Shown here: positions 12,739 through 26,725 of the stretch, in pieces
Layout: each line of letters begins with the position of its first letter
Numbering within the stretch: position 1 is the first letter of the stretch
From: Rhynchobatus australiae
Lineage: Eukaryota
DNA length: 64,000 nucleotides
Direction of reading: 5' to 3'
NCBI GenBank assembly: GCA_034780895.1
Contig: JAUZTB010000098.1
Span: 72,718,014 to 72,782,013, forward strand
The notes under the pieces: generated by a model
Told to the model about the DNA's origin: nothing
What the model saw: only the letters and a program-made list of their open reading frames with translations
Database searches by the model: none
Made by a program: the position numbers and the translations under genes

Positions 12739-12930
12739 GGGAACACACAAAAGCCCAGTGTATTGGCACCATCTCCCAATTACCCACCTGCCTGCTGAGT
12801 CAAGCACCTTTTGCCCCGCCTGTGGCAGTGTCTGTAGGTCCCATAATGGCCTCATCAGACACTTCAGAATTCACCAAACCAGAGTGGGAGCAAGACCTCC
12901 TCAACCGCAAGGAGCTGGCTAAGAAGCAGG
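12739..12930 (+). mobile_element. RTE-clade LINE extreme 3' end, right part
   Basis: STFCPACGSVCRSHNGLIRHFRIH, the terminal C2H2-like motif of RTE ORF2, followed by gctaagaag. Confidence 0.7.
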
Positions 12931-15139
12931 ATCACGAATGCTAATTGATGACAATATTCAATGTTCCTATGATGGAGTTTCTTATCAGGGTATCCAAATT
13001 ATGTCTGTCAGCTTAGATAGAGGGTTTCTCATCTGGAAAATAATACTACCTGAACAAGTGAAGTGAGGAGCCTCAAGTTTCAAGAGACTCAACAAAGTTC
13101 TAATGAGGGCAGAACACAACTGTGGATTACACATCCCCAATGTCATGTAACACCACCCACTCTACGACACATTAAAATTTTTGTTCTAATAATTCTTGGT
13201 AGGAAAATAAATTCTTTTCTAACTCTCCTTACTTTCTTCCTGAGAAGCTTGAGACTGATCCTTCAACTAATAAACCACTAATTAGCCTTTCAATACTTCT
13301 GGCTGATTTGTGGCCTTTTATCTTGCTGTGACTCTGCCAACTGTAAAGGTACATACACCTAAGCTCACATTTATATCAAACTTATAAATACTGTATTCTG
13401 ATTAACAAGACCAAATTTAATTCATGTAGTTCAAACCTTGCACATCCTATACATACAGTTAATTTTAATTTACAATTTGTGTATTNNNNNNNNNNNNNNN
13501 NNNNNNNNNNNNNNNNNNNNNNNNNNNNNNNNNNNNNNNNNNNNNNNNNNNNNNNNNNNNNNNNNNNNNNNNNNNNNNNNNNNNNNNNNNNNNNNNNNNN
13601 NNNNNNNNNNNNNNNNNNNNNNNNNNNNNNNNNNNNNNNNNNNNNNNNNNNNNNNNNNNNNNNNNNNNNNNNNNNNNNNNNNNNNNNNNNNNNNNNNNNN
13701 NNNNNNNNNNNNNNNNNNNNNNNNNNNNNNNNNNNNNNNNNNNNNNNNNNNNNNNNNNNNNNNNNNNNNNNNNNNNNNNNNNNNNNNNNNNNNNNNNNNN
13801 NNNNNNNNNNNNNNNNNNNNNNNNNNNNNNNNNNNNNNNNNNNNNNNNNNNNNNNNNNNNNNNNNNNNNNNNNNNNNNNNNNNNNNNNNNNNNNNNNNNN
13901 NNNNNNNNNNNNNNNNNNNNNNNNNNNNNNNNNNNNNNNNNNNNNNNNNNNNNNNNNNNNNNNNNNNNNNNNNNNNNNNNNNNNNNNNNNNNNNNNNNNN
14001 NNNNNNNNNNNNNNNNNNNNNNNNNNNNNNNNNNNNNNNNNNNNNNNNNNNNNNNNNNNNNNNNNNNNNNNNNNNNNNNNNNNNNNNNNNNNNNNNNNNN
14101 NNNNNNNNNNNNNNNNNNNNNNNNNNNNNNNNNNNNNNNNNNNNNNNNNNNNNNNNNNNNNNNNNNNNNNNNNNNNNNNNNNNNNNNNNNNNNNNNNNNN
14201 NNNNNNNNNNNNNNNNNNNNNNNNNNNNNNNNNNNNNNNNNNNNNNNNNNNNNNNNNNNNNNNNNNNNNNNNNNNTTGTGTAGATTGCTGGTTGTACAAA
14301 TAATATCCACAATTAAATCTCATTGAAAATTCTGACAGAAATCCTTCTTTTGTTGTTAATTTTTCTCTCTTCCTTCTTGATCAGTGGTAAGGGCTTTTTT
14401 AAGAGGTCCATTCTTTTTCTACTACCAAACCAAAATACTCATTTTTCATTGGTGAGCTTAAATTGTAAATGCTGGCAAAATGTTTTATTGCAGCAGGGAG
14501 CACATGCACCATTGATGAGTTCAATTGAGTAGTCATCTGTACATGTGGGATTTAAACAATGCTTATTAGATAATGATCAGCATATATTTTACTTACTTTT
14601 GAAGCAAAATCAATGTCAGCACCTATCTTGCAGTCCCAGCCAAAATCAATCCTATCAGCATCTACACAGTATTTTAATCCTGGATCTGATACCACTATTG
14701 AATTTAGCAGCACAGAGGCAAGAGAAGTTCCAAGGAGCATCAGCCAGTACAATTCTGAGATGGTGTGTTTGTCTGTTAGATTATTTTGCATTAATCTACA
14801 GGTGACAACAATTGACTAGAATCAATATTATCCAAACCCTACTATAATAAAATTTAAGCAGTATTATTTTGTAGAACCTTCCAATTGCATTTTTTCACAA
14901 AAGATGCAAACTTTGTGATTTTGAATGCCACTTATATAGTCCTTATGAGCTTTTACTTATACAATTAAAAACCAGTTTAGCAATTACTACAACATTTTTT
15001 TTTATTTGTCTGTCAGTAGATGAAGGCTGGATACTCACANNNNNNNNNNNNNNNNNNNNNNNNNNNNNNNNNNNNNNNNNNNNNNNNNNNNNNNNNNNNN
15101 NNNNNNNNNNNNNNNNNNNNNNNNNNNNNNNNNNNNNNN

Positions 15140-15400
15140 ATCACAACTTCACATCCTCCCCTCCCACATCTGGGAAGAGCCTGGGGCCTCAGAGATGCTG
15201 TACCTATGATCATCAGCAACAAAGGAGACAAATCCGACTATGGTAACCACAGAGGTTCTCCCTGCTTTGTGACACAGGGAAACTCATTGCCCATGTCCTC
15301 TGACTCCTAACAGTGGCCATAAGCTTCTCCCGAATCACTGTGTAAATTCAATCCATCTGGAGATACAGTGGATATAATCTTCGCCGTGCATCATTGCCAC
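15140..15400 (+). mobile_element. RTE RT N-terminal fragment
   Basis: LRDAVPMIISNKGDKSDYGNHRG (cf. LRDAxIVTIFKKGDKSDCGNYRGISL). Confidence 0.7.
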
Positions 15401-15779
15401 GGAGCAGCAGTCACTGTAAAGGGCAAAGACATTGCTGGGATCCAGTGGAGGGTGAAAGGTAGGCTGTTCAAAATGGGATGTCTTAAATGGCTGTTTGACT
15501 TGAAGCTCCATCGTGTGTACCTGCCTTACAATGCAGAGGAAAACCTATGGCCATGACAACTGGAACAGTCATGTTTGTTGGAGCTCCTTATTCTTGGTGA
15601 GTTTGTCCAACATTTTACACAATATTCAAACAGTGAACCCCGACAGTATGTACAGGTAGTTCCAGAACCCCGATAGTACCATGTTTTTGCTTTGCCCTGC
15701 TCCCCAATCATACCTTCACTTGACTTTTCAAACGATGGTACAGTGGCTTCTGGTTTTTAACTCACCGTGGTCACCTCCA

Positions 15780-16015
15780 TGGGTGTAGATTTAAGGTGAG
15801 GGGGGAAAGTTTAAAGGAGACTTCGAGGCAAGTTTTTTTACACAAATGGTAGGTGCCTGGAAGCTGTTGTCAGGGGAGGTGGTGGAAGCAGGTATGTTAG
15901 CAATCCTTAAGAGGCATTTAGACAGGCACATGAAGAGGCAGGGAATGGAGGGATATGGACCTTGTGTAGGCAGATGGGATTAGTTAGTCGGTACAAACAT
16001 TAAGGGCTGAAAAGC
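15780..16015 (+). mobile_element. CR1 3' end
   Basis: tttaaggtgagggggggaaagtttaaaggaga...tttagacaggcacatgaa...gagggatatggacc...gggctgaa. Confidence 0.8.
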
Positions 16016-17457
16016 AAGTACACTAGATAGAGCTTCATGCCAAACAGCCACTTAAGACATCCCATGTGGAACTACCGACTTTTCTCCTTCCATTGGAACC
16101 CTACGCTGTATTGTTCCACATTCTAAACACAACAGCCACTTCCCAACACCAAGCCCTCCACAAAGGAACAGAGAAACACATAACCAAATTAAATATTGGC
16201 CTGGAAGACAGGGACAAAGTTACTCTTCTAATAATGCCATCAAATCTTTGAAATCTGCTCAGCCACTTTGAGATCAGGTCTGGCCTGTGGACGGTTATTT
16301 TAAAATCAAATTTAACCCCCTCCCCTCCACCCCAGGTGGGAGAACACTTCTGTCACTTCTGTACAGGGGAATGTGAGGTGGTGAAGCTCCCCTGACAGTA
16401 GTGTGCAACGCCTCTGTGTTGTGGATGCAGCAACAGTTGCCAATTACCTGACTGCGGCAAGGGTTCGGGAGGGGGTGGTCTGAGATCTCACCAGTTTAGG
16501 CCAGGCACTGGGCCAAACAGGTCTACTGCATCTGAGATATCCAGCCCTGCTGACCTTCCTTCAACCTCTGCCGCATCATTTCCCTTGCTGAATAATAGAT
16601 ACAGAGTACTTTTTGTTTGATTTGCAGCTTCAGGGAGAGTCTCAGAGCAGTCTTCCAGGGATGCCTTGTAATAAGATCCTCCAGCCTTGCAGATACTACA
16701 CCTCAGCACATTCTACTTCTCAGTTCAAAATGTAAACAAAAGATCTAAAATAATTGAAATGGATAAGCACATACAACAGAGAACGTAGAACAGGACAGCA
16801 CAGAAACAGGCCCTTCAGCCTACAGTGCCTGTGCCAACCTTGATGCTAATTTAAACTGCACATCTGCCTGCACATGATCCATATCCCTCCATTCCCTGCC
16901 TATTCATGTGTCTGTCTAAATGCCATATAAACATTGCTGTCGTATCTGCTTCCCTTACTCTCCACCCCGTTTCCTGTGTTATAGCAGTCACTGTATTTTA
17001 AGAAGAAATTTGTTGACCTGGAATTAGTTCAGGGAATGTCATGAGATCCTGAAATCTGCAATAGGACATTCTTTCCCTTCTTCCTCCTACCATCTGCCAC
17101 TTGGATGGAGACCTCCCATTGGGAGGTTGAAGCACCTATCTGCTTCGGGTCGGTCAACATCTGTCCAATGCTTCAATGGAGCTCTAATTGCCAAGTTACG
17201 GCAAAATAATGCTTTGCTTGTGCCAGGCATTCTCCAACCAGCTAAAAACAAACTGTTGGAGGAACTCAGTGGGAGTCCCTCTAGCAGTTTGCATTTCAGC
17301 TCCAGATTCCAGCATCTGCAGTCTCTTGTGTCTCCATTCTCCATCCAAGTTGACCAATGATGGAGTTATCTTCTAATGTGCAGACAGAAGGAGCAATGTC
17401 TCCCAGGACACCCTGCTCTGTAGTCCCAGTTACCACACTACACCACTAACTTACCCT

Positions 17458-17655
17458 CAGAATCAGAATCAGAATCAGATTTATTATCACAGACTTATAT
17501 GTCAGGAAATCTGTTGTTTTGCGGCAGCTGTACAGTGCAAAGACAAAATTACTATAAATTACAAAATAAATAATGCAAAAAAAGGAATAACCGGGTAGTT
17601 CATGGGTTCATGGACTGTTCAGAAATCTGATGGCAGAGGGAAGAAGCTGTTCCAC
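17458..17655 (-). mobile_element. Rex1-like 3' end with (CAGAAT)n tail
   Basis: cagaatcagaatcagaatcagatttattatcac is the reverse complement of the AATAAA-(TGATTC)n tail seen on the copy ending at ~41732. Confidence 0.65.
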
Positions 17656-17939
17656 TGACCCACAGAGGGTCAGTGTGGATCCTCAGCATGGCACCACCTT
17701 TCAGCCAGTTAGCCTTGAGATGTTTGTGGCATCAGTCTGAATCCACTGCTATTGGGTCTGTTGAAATGGCCCTGCCTTGCATTGGCTCCAGAGCCTTCAA
17801 TGAAGTGACCAGCAGGCTGCTGGCAAACACCACCAGATAGCTACCCAAAAATTAAGCTATCGATTCACATGGTATTGGACGTGACCATTTAGCCCATCAT
17901 GCCTATTCCAGCTCTTTCAAAGAACTCTCCAATTACAGC

Positions 17940-19200
17940 TATAGAGTTGTACAGCAGGGAAACAGGCCCTTCAGCCCAGCTCGTCCATGCCGGCCAGTCC
18001 GAGCTAGTCCCTTTTGCCTCTGTTTGTCTCATACCCCTCTAAGCCTTTTCTGTCCATGTGCCTATCTAAATGTCTTTTAGATATTGTCATTGTACCCACC
18101 TCTACAGCTTCCTCTGGCAGCTCGTTCCCCATACCCACCAGCTTCCGTGTGGAAAAAAGTTTCCCTTCAGGTCCCTTTTAAATCTTTCCCCTCCCACCTT
18201 AATCCTGGGCCTTCTAGTTTTGGACTCCCTACCCTGGGAAAAAGACTGTAGGCACCCACCTTATCTATGCCCCTCATGATTTTATAGACCTCTATTAGGT
18301 CACCTCTCATCCTCCTGCACTCCAGAGAAAGTAGTCCCAGCCTATCCAGTCTCTGCTTATAACTCAAGCTCTCCAGTCTCACATCTTTGTTAGACACAAC
18401 GTTAGCCACCCTCCAGTCTTCCAGTACCTCAGCCCTGGCTAATGATTATATAAATATCTCTGCCAGGGCCCCAGCAATTTTGCCTCTGGCTTCCCACAAT
18501 GTCCTAGGTTACACTTGGTCAGGACCCGGGATTTATCCACCTTTATATACCTCAAGACCACCAGCACCTCCTCTTTTGTAGTGTCACTATGTTTCAAGAT
18601 ATCACCATCGTCTTCCCTGAACTCCCTAGCTTTTATGACCTTCTCTAGAGTAAATTCTGATGAGAAGGATTCATTTAAGACCTGCCCATCTCCCATTGCT
18701 CCACACATTGACAATTGCATTTATCCTTTAGGGACTCTTAATATACTAATAGAGCTATGGTCCCAGAGGGGTCCTCAACTGGCACTTCAGCCACTTGCTC
18801 TCCCTCATTTCCAGTGGGAGGTTGAATTTTGCCCCCTCTCCAGTTGGGCCATCGAACCATGAGAAACCATATTGCATGAGAAAACTTTCCTGCTCCATCA
18901 AAGCCCTGAGCACTATGGCAGTTCAAATCACCTACCATTACAACTCATTACTCTTACAGTTATCTGCGACCTCCCTACATATTTGCTCCTCTAATTCCTG
19001 CTGACTACTGGGGGACCTTTAGTACAATTCTATCAAAGTGTATCCTGGAACATTGTAATGCCAATCCTGCCCATCCCTCCACCACATTTCTGTAATAGCT
19101 GTAAAATTACAATCCCATGTGCCTATCCATGCCCTGAGATCATCTCCCTTACCTGGCAGGCTTCTTGTATTGCTTAGCCCATCAGATTTCCTTACTCCCA
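17940..19200 (-). mobile_element. CR1 LINE, fragmented: 3' end, inter-domain linker and APE endonuclease N-terminus
   Basis: LSYKQRLDRLGLLSLECRRMRGDLIEVYKIMRGIDKV; VLNESFSSEFTLEK..IKVDKS; DDLRAWIGTWDCNFTAITEMWWRDGQDWHYNVPGY. Confidence 0.85.
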
Positions 19201-20799
19201 CTCCTGCCTCTGCCTATCCTGCCTACTGGACTTGTTCACTATAATTTCTATTTGTAATAACAGTTGAATTACAAATAGATATTTGAACTTCTATAAATAT
19301 CAGCTGTGATACTTTTATGAATTCACCTTTCCCTTACTGATTTGCAAATGATCTTTAGGTTGGTCGAAAGAGATAGTGCAAATTGGTAACACCATAACAC
19401 CAAATTTATGGAATTAAACAAAAGAATACAGAACTGAGTATCAGTGGTGAAGTTCAATGCAAAGTGTTAGTTACCACACAATGCTTTTAACAATATATCT
19501 GATGGAATTTAAACGTCCTTTGGTATCTTTATGATAAATTTTGGGATATACAGCAAAAGTAAAGCAAGAATTAGCAGAACTCTACAATAGTTAACTCACT
19601 GTAAACTATTACTCATCAGGAGCATATACTTTGCTTAAGAAAAATCAATAATGGTAAAAGCAAAAGATTTTTTTACCAATTCCAGTTAATCTCCAACATC
19701 AACAAAGAATGGCATTATTACCTGATCCCTAACAATCAGTCAAATCTCCTTTGCAGATAAAATTTTCTGTTATATTTTTTCTCTGACCCTTTTCTTTCTT
19801 ACTTCCAAGACATTACAGCCCTTTGCCCTTTAGACATCAACTCTGTTGTTGAACAAACAAAAAACGTTTTCCAAGGCTTTATGCTAGGCTGTGCTTGTTT
19901 AACCTTCTTCCTTCTCTTTGACACAAGGTGGTTCAATCTCTGAGGATGGCCACAGGTCACTGCTAATTGTTGCCCTCCTGGCCTCTGAAAGACCTAATGA
20001 GAACAGGTGTGTGCAGGTGTACTTACTAACTACTTCTGTTAACTTAACTTCAAAGATGTCACAAGGCATTTTTGTTGGTTGACTTCATTTCAAAGTCAAA
20101 TGACAAACTCGAGATTCATAATAAATCTAATGAAAAATTCTGCATTGTTTTAAATTCATATTTTTCTCAAAGGACTTCAGTATCAAGAAATCCACCTTGG
20201 AAGACTATTATATACAATTCACTGATACTTAAAGAATTGCTGCAAAAATCAGACTTAAAATGACACTTTTGTTGTAAATATAACTGTTTTCACCAATAGA
20301 TTTAACATTGTTAGGATGTGCCCAGAGTAATGCGCAACCAATGCATTACTTGCAATTAAAATAAACACAGCTGTAACTTGTGTTCAAGAAATCTTGTTGT
20401 ATATATTGTTGAGGAATAAATAAGGGATAGGGCAGGAAGAACCTTTTGCCCTTCTGTTTATGGCACAACATAATATTTTATCATCTAAATTAACATGCAG
20501 CCAAAAGCCCTTTAATCTGAATCAGACAAAACAACCAATATATTCTCCATTACTACATAATAAATACGAGTATTTATACTGAGAAGTGTCCTTGACTCTG
20601 AAAGTATCATTCAGTTATTTCATTTAGTAGCTTTCCAAAGAAAGAATATAGTTTTCCACAGCTTCAAGGTGTTTCCCAATGCTTCACAGTCACTGAAGTA
20701 GCTTTGAAGTATAGTCACTATTGTAGTGTAGGAAATATAGCAGCCAAACTCTGCAAAACTATAACCCACACTAGTAATAACATAGCTTACCTTTAAAAA

Positions 20800-23450
20800 A
20801 TTCATGCTGGCTTTCTCTAATCAATCTAAACTTGTCCACGTGAGTTGATTCCAAAACTTTCCCCATCAATGTGATAAAACTGATTGGTCTGTAGCTGAAT
20901 GGTTTATTCTTGTACCCTTTTGTGAGCAAGGGTGTAATATTTGTAGTTTTGCAGGGGTTTTGCTCCTGAATCTATGAGTGCTAGGAAGATTATAGCCAGG
21001 GCCTCTGTAATTTCTTTCCTTACTCTCTACAGTAACCTCAGATGCATTCCCTTTGCACCAGGTGAATTTTCCACTTTAAGTGCAACTAGCTTTTCTAGTA
21101 TCTCCTCATTATCAATTTTAGTCCGTCCAAAATCTCAATAATATTTTCCTTTGCTGAGACACCAACATTATCTTTGCTCTTGGTAAAGGCTAATATGCTT
21201 GGAGTCATAGAGTTAAACATCACGTAAACAGGCCCTTTGGCCCAACTCAACTATGCCGATCAAGGTGCCTTCCTGAGTTGGTCCCATTTGCTTCCACTGG
21301 GCCCATATCCCTCTAAACCTTTCCTATCCATGAACCTGTCCAACCTGTCCAAATGTCTTTCAAACATAGTAATTGTACCCGTCTCTACCACTTCCTCCGG
21401 CAGTTCGTTCCATATCTCCACCAACATCTGTGTGGAAAAACCTGCCTTTTTAGGTCCCCTTTAAATCTTTGCTCTCTCTCCTTAAATCAATTCCCCTTAG
21501 TTTCAGACACCCTTACCCTGGGAAAAAGACTGTGTCCATCCACCTTATCTATGCCCCCTCATGATTTTATAAAGTCACCCCTCAGCCTCCTTTGTTCCAG
21601 GGTATACAGCCCCAGCCTATCCAGTCTCTCCTTATAACTCCTGCCCTCCAGTCCCGGCAGCTTGTTTCATACCACAACTCTGCCTCCATGAATAGATTTG
21701 CTTTTGGTCTCAGATTGGACACACCTCTTCTCTTTCAGCCCTTTTCCTGTTTATATGTCAATATCATATTTTTGGATTCCCTTTTACATGTGCTGCCAGT
21801 CTTTTCTCATGCTCTTTCTCATTTCCTTTTTCACTTCCCTTCTGATCTTCCTGTAATCAACTAGCTCTTATGTATTAACCTGGCAGCTGTGCTGTCCTAC
21901 TCTCTATCCTTTTGGTCATCCAGGGAGCTCTGGTTTGAATTTCTTTACTCCGCTCCCCCATGGGAATGTATCTACATTGCAAATGAAACACCTTCATCTT
22001 AAAGGCCTCCCAGTGTTCAATTAACCTTTCCTGCGAAGCTTTGATTCCAATTTAAAGTCATAGAATTTAAAAAGTTATACAGCATGAAAACAGATCCTTT
22101 GGCCCAACTCGTCCGTGCCAACCAAGTTGCCGACCTGAGCTAGTTCCATTTGCCTGCATTTGGCCCTATTCCCTCTAAACCTTTCCTATCCATGTACCTG
22201 TTTAATGGTTTTTAAACCTTGTAATTTTGTCCACCTCTAGCACTTCTTGTTCCAGATACCCACCACCCTCTGTGTGAAAACGTTGTCCCTTACGTTTCCT
22301 TTAAATTTCTCACTTCTCACCTTAAATCTTTGCCCTCTAGTTTTAGGTTCCCCTACCCTGGACCATTCACTTTATCTATGCCTCTCATAATATTATATAC
22401 CTCTATAACATCACCCCTCAGCCTCCTACACTCCAGGAAAAAAAGTCTCAGCTATCCAGTCTCCCCTTACAACTCAAGCCTTCCAGACTTAGTAACAATC
22501 TTTTCAGTACCCCTTCCAGCTGAATTACATCATTCCTATACCTGGGCAACCAGAAATGTACACAGTACTCCGAGTGTGGTCTTACCACAATGTCTTGTAT
22601 GGTTGTAACATGACATCTCAACTCTTGTATTCAAAGCCTTGACAGCTGAAGGCAAGCCTGCCAATCACCTTCTTCACTACCCTGCCTACCTGTATGCCAC
22701 TTTCAGGGAACTATGTACTTGTACTCCTCACTCCCCCGTTCTACAAGACCCTCCAGAACTGTCTTATACTGTGCAAGCCCTGCCCAGACTTAACCTACCA
22801 AAATGCAACACTTTGTACTTGTCCGAGTTAAGTTCCACCTGCCATTCCTTGGCCCACTTTCCCGGTTGATCTAGATCCTGCTGTAATCTTAGATAACTTC
22901 CTTCGCTGTCCACTATACCACCAATTTTAGCACCATCTGCAAGCTTACTAACCATGCCATCTACATTCTCATCCAAATCTTTAGCATATACGACAAACAA
23001 CAGTGGGCTCTGAACCAATCCCTGCAGGACAGCACTGGTCACTGGCCTCCAATCTAGATAACAACCCTCCACTACCACCCTCTGACTCTTTTCAACAAGC
23101 CACCAAGTACTTGGGCCAAATTACATTGAAACATGTTCATCTTCAATTGATTATTTTTACCTTGGAGTGATCCATATCCTTTTCCATAGCTGGTCTAAAC
23201 CATATAATATTGTGATTGCTGTTATTGGAACGATACTTCCCCCAATACCTCCTCCACTTGTTTGGACTCATTTCCCACAACCCAGTCCAGTAATGCCATC
23301 TTTCTCGTGGGACCCTTTACATAGTTACCAAGTTCTCCTGAACATACTTCAGAAACTTAGAAACCACCTCGGGTCCATGTTGGTTCCTATCAGAAGAATT
23401 CCATCAGTTCCATCCTCCTTTTTATTTTTTCCTTGTAGCCAGGCAACTCA
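20800..23450 (-). mobile_element. Cluster of CR1 LINE pieces: younger copies at ~21205-21660 and ~22060-23100 within an older copy
   Basis: VVEGCYLDWRPVTSAVLQGLVQSPLLFVVYAKDLDENVDGMVSKLADGAKIGG (RT core) and two recognisable CR1 3' tails. Confidence 0.8.
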
Positions 23451-26032
23451 TCATCCCTCATATGCCCACCAACTCCCCTTTAATTCCTTTGCCACTTACT
23501 GACACAAAGGGGTAACTTACAGAAACCAATAACCTATCAGCACTTCTTTGGGATGTGGGAGGAAAATGGAGCACCTGGGAGAAACCCACATGTTTACAGG
23601 AAATAAAATGAATTTCCATTGGCTCTTCTTCAAAGTACCATGCTGCTAGTAATCCAGAGATTAACAATTATACAGATCAAAGCTTAAATGTAATTCTAGC
23701 TAGTAACATTAAAAGCTCCCCTCCCCATAAAATATTCATTGCCTGCCTCCTCTGGAAGAAAAATTATCTTTAGCATTTTTGTTTTATGTTTAAATATCTC
23801 AACCAAGCAGCAGCATGAGTCATGCAACTAATGAAGAAAAAGAAAAGCTTCAAGTAATACAGTCAATACTCTTAAAGATAAAGACTTATGCCATGAATGG
23901 AAGGTGCCTTTTCCTTTAAAAACAAGCTTCCTGCAAGCTGAAAACCAAAGAAAGAGTTTGTTTTTTATTGCTGGAATAATCCTCAGAGGTCAGTTGTAAC
24001 CTCTCTATAAGTAGCAGCGTAGGAGTAATTGGTCCATTTACCGCCCTATTCGCCCACATAACAGCTCTAGGCAACTAATTCAAAGAGTAAAAGCACAAAC
24101 TGTAAAGCCATTGCAAATGTCAGCCCTATTTCACCATTGGTATGATAGTGTTGCGATACATAAAAATAATTGATGTTCATAACTCACAATATTTCTACTT
24201 TGGCAAAATTTTCCTCACATTAATTTGCATATTTGAAGGCAGTACACATAAGGCTAGAAGTGTCAAGATAACTGTATAGAAAAAGCTATACGCTCTATGC
24301 TGGTCATTTATTAAACTGTTGAATGGAAATTGCAGTTATCAGTTACAAAAACCAGAAGAATTGTTTTGACAAAGCAATTGTACAGAATTACAACTATTTA
24401 TGCAATCTTGAAGCATCTATTTCCATTCTCTATTTTTAACTAAATATTCTATTTCTTCAAATAATGACAAAAACAACAAATGTATCATGAAAACGTCAAA
24501 TGTAAACAATGAACCCATAGATGAAAGCAGGGAAAATTAATGAATTGTAACTTCACTGCAAGGTTCATAACTGATCAAGCCTCATTTCTCACGGTTTCTT
24601 TGCCTGCCTCTCTCCTCACCCTTAAGTAAATGATGGCATAATTGCCCACTTGCAATCAATCTGTCCATTTGGAATCTTAAACTCAGAAGACTGTTTATCC
24701 CATCCTGCCTATGCCAGGACTGCAAAAGAGTTGTCTCATTTTCACATACTGGTCTCCTGAAGTACAAAAGAGGTATCTAATTTACTTCCACACATGAGCC
24801 TTTTCTCCATGATCCTGATAATTACTCCACTTCAATGACATGTCCAATCCTCCTTTTGAACTTCCTATGCATCATCTTTTCAGGACATGCATTTCAGGTT
24901 TTAACAACACCACTGCACAGAAATTACCTCTTATCTGAGTGTGTTTTAAATTAATGCCCTCTGGTTACCCATCCACTCATGAGTGGAAATAGTTTCTCCC
25001 AACTTGCTCCATCCAAATTCCTCACCACTCTGAATACCTCTCTGAGGCCTTCATGGCTNNNNNNNNNNNNNNNNNNNNNNNNNNNNNNNNNNNNNNNNNN
25101 NNNNNNNNNNNNNNNNNNNNNNNNNNNNNNNNNNNNNNNNNNNNNNNNNNNNNNNNNNCTGAACATCTGCATCCAGCTGGAATTGTACTGTGGTAATTAT
25201 TTAATGGCAGTATTCAAAGACTATAAATGTGATCATTATAGCCAGTTTAAATCAGTTTTAAAATGTATATTCCATGCATAGCAACTGTGAAAATCTCCAT
25301 GCCTATTGGGTGAAGACCTTCAGTATTATACATATACTTCTCAATTTTTTTTTATATAAAACATTTGGCTGATTATCCTACAAAAACAAAGACAATAATT
25401 GTAAAGGTTTAACTGCTATGTGCACACCTGTTATACACCAATCAATCACAAATTCTACATCAGTAGCAAAGCACCATCACAAATACAGATTCTTGTGGCT
25501 CTACCAGTGGGTCGCATTACATTCTGCACCTGCCTCTCATGGAGTTCATACATCTAAAGCACTGATATTCAGATTCCAGACACTGAAGTCTAACATTGTG
25601 TGACAACCTGCATTCCAGCAATCAAAGAGATAGGACAAGAGATGTTTTAACAACAACTGAGAATTGAAAAGTATTTGCTAATGCTTCACTAATTTGAAAT
25701 CCCAGGGTAAATAGCAATACCTGTTTCTGATCCTGTAATGATTGAACATACCTTCATACCAAAGCAAGAATTAACTCTTTATCACCAAATTCATTTTGTT
25801 CCCAGGAATAAGGGGTGATTAATTGGATAATACTAAAAACATGCATTGGGATCACAACCTGCATTCAACCTACATCCATCTGGTAGAGTGCCAGATGCAA
25901 GAACAATTTGTGCTTTCATCCCTTTTACCACAATTATAAAGTTCAGCCAGCAACAACCACATTGTTGATTGCCTTCGTACACATTGTAGAATCCAAGCAC
26001 CAGTTAAAGCTGGATGGCTCTGATTGAACCCA

Positions 26033-26395
26033 AACCATAAAACCATAAGATACAGGAGTAGAATTAAGGTCATTCGACCCATCGAGTCTGCTCTGCCATT
26101 CAACCATGACTGATTTTTTTCAACCCCATTCTTCTGCCTTCTCCCCATAACCTTTAACCTCCTTACCAATCAAGAACCTATCAATCTCTGCCTTAAAAAC
26201 ATCTAATGACTTGGCCTCCACAGCCCTCTGTGGCAACAAATTCCACAGATTCAGCACCCTCTGGCTAAAGAAACTCCCCCGATCTCAATTTTAAAGGGAC
26301 TATTCTGAGGCTGTGCCCTTGGATCCTAGACCCTCCTACTCACAGAAACAATCTCTATATGTCCACTCTATCCAGGCCTTTCAGTATCTGGTATA
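26033..26395 (-). mobile_element. CR1-type 3' end
   Basis: aaccataaaaccataagatacaggagtagaatt..cccatcgagtctgctctgccattcaa..acaaattccacagattc tail with short terminal repeat. Confidence 0.75.
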
Positions 26396-26429
26396 TTAAG
26401 GGATAGGTGCAAACCATTTAGAGATAAGT

Positions 26430-26725
26430 GCAAAAAACAAACTGCTGGAGGAACTCAGCAGGTCAGGCAGCATCTGTGAAGGCATAGCAATTGTTGATGT
26501 TTTGGTTCGAGACCCTGTATTTATTCATACACAAGTTCTGCTTTAGATGTAGGCTCTGAAAAGGCAATATATGGATGAAGACAAACATCCATTACAGCCT
26601 ACAAACTTTCCCTGCCTCCTGCAAGGACTCCATTTCTTTCTCCCAGTTCTTCCATCACCTTCGTATTTCCTTCAATGATGAGACTTTCCACTCAGATGCC
26701 TCTTAGATGCTTTCCTTCTTCCTTC
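26430..26725. mobile_element. Penelope-like element fragments
   Basis: aacaaactgctggaggaactcagcaggtcaggcagcatctgt terminal motif recurring at ~17240, ~43015, ~58995, ~59370 and ~61555, plus cctgcctcctgcaaggactcc..ttctcccagtt. Family assignment from recall. Confidence 0.5.

Noticed and set aside
13382-14323. Long ORFs in several frames
   Set aside because: Almost entirely N; gap artefacts. The same applies to ORFs at ~32583-33239, ~36039-36839 and ~47270-47856.
23813-23825. Palindromic AP-1 site GCATGAGTCATGC and other TGA(G/C)TCA sites
   Set aside because: The number of such 7-mers in 64 kb looks close to chance expectation; no supporting context.
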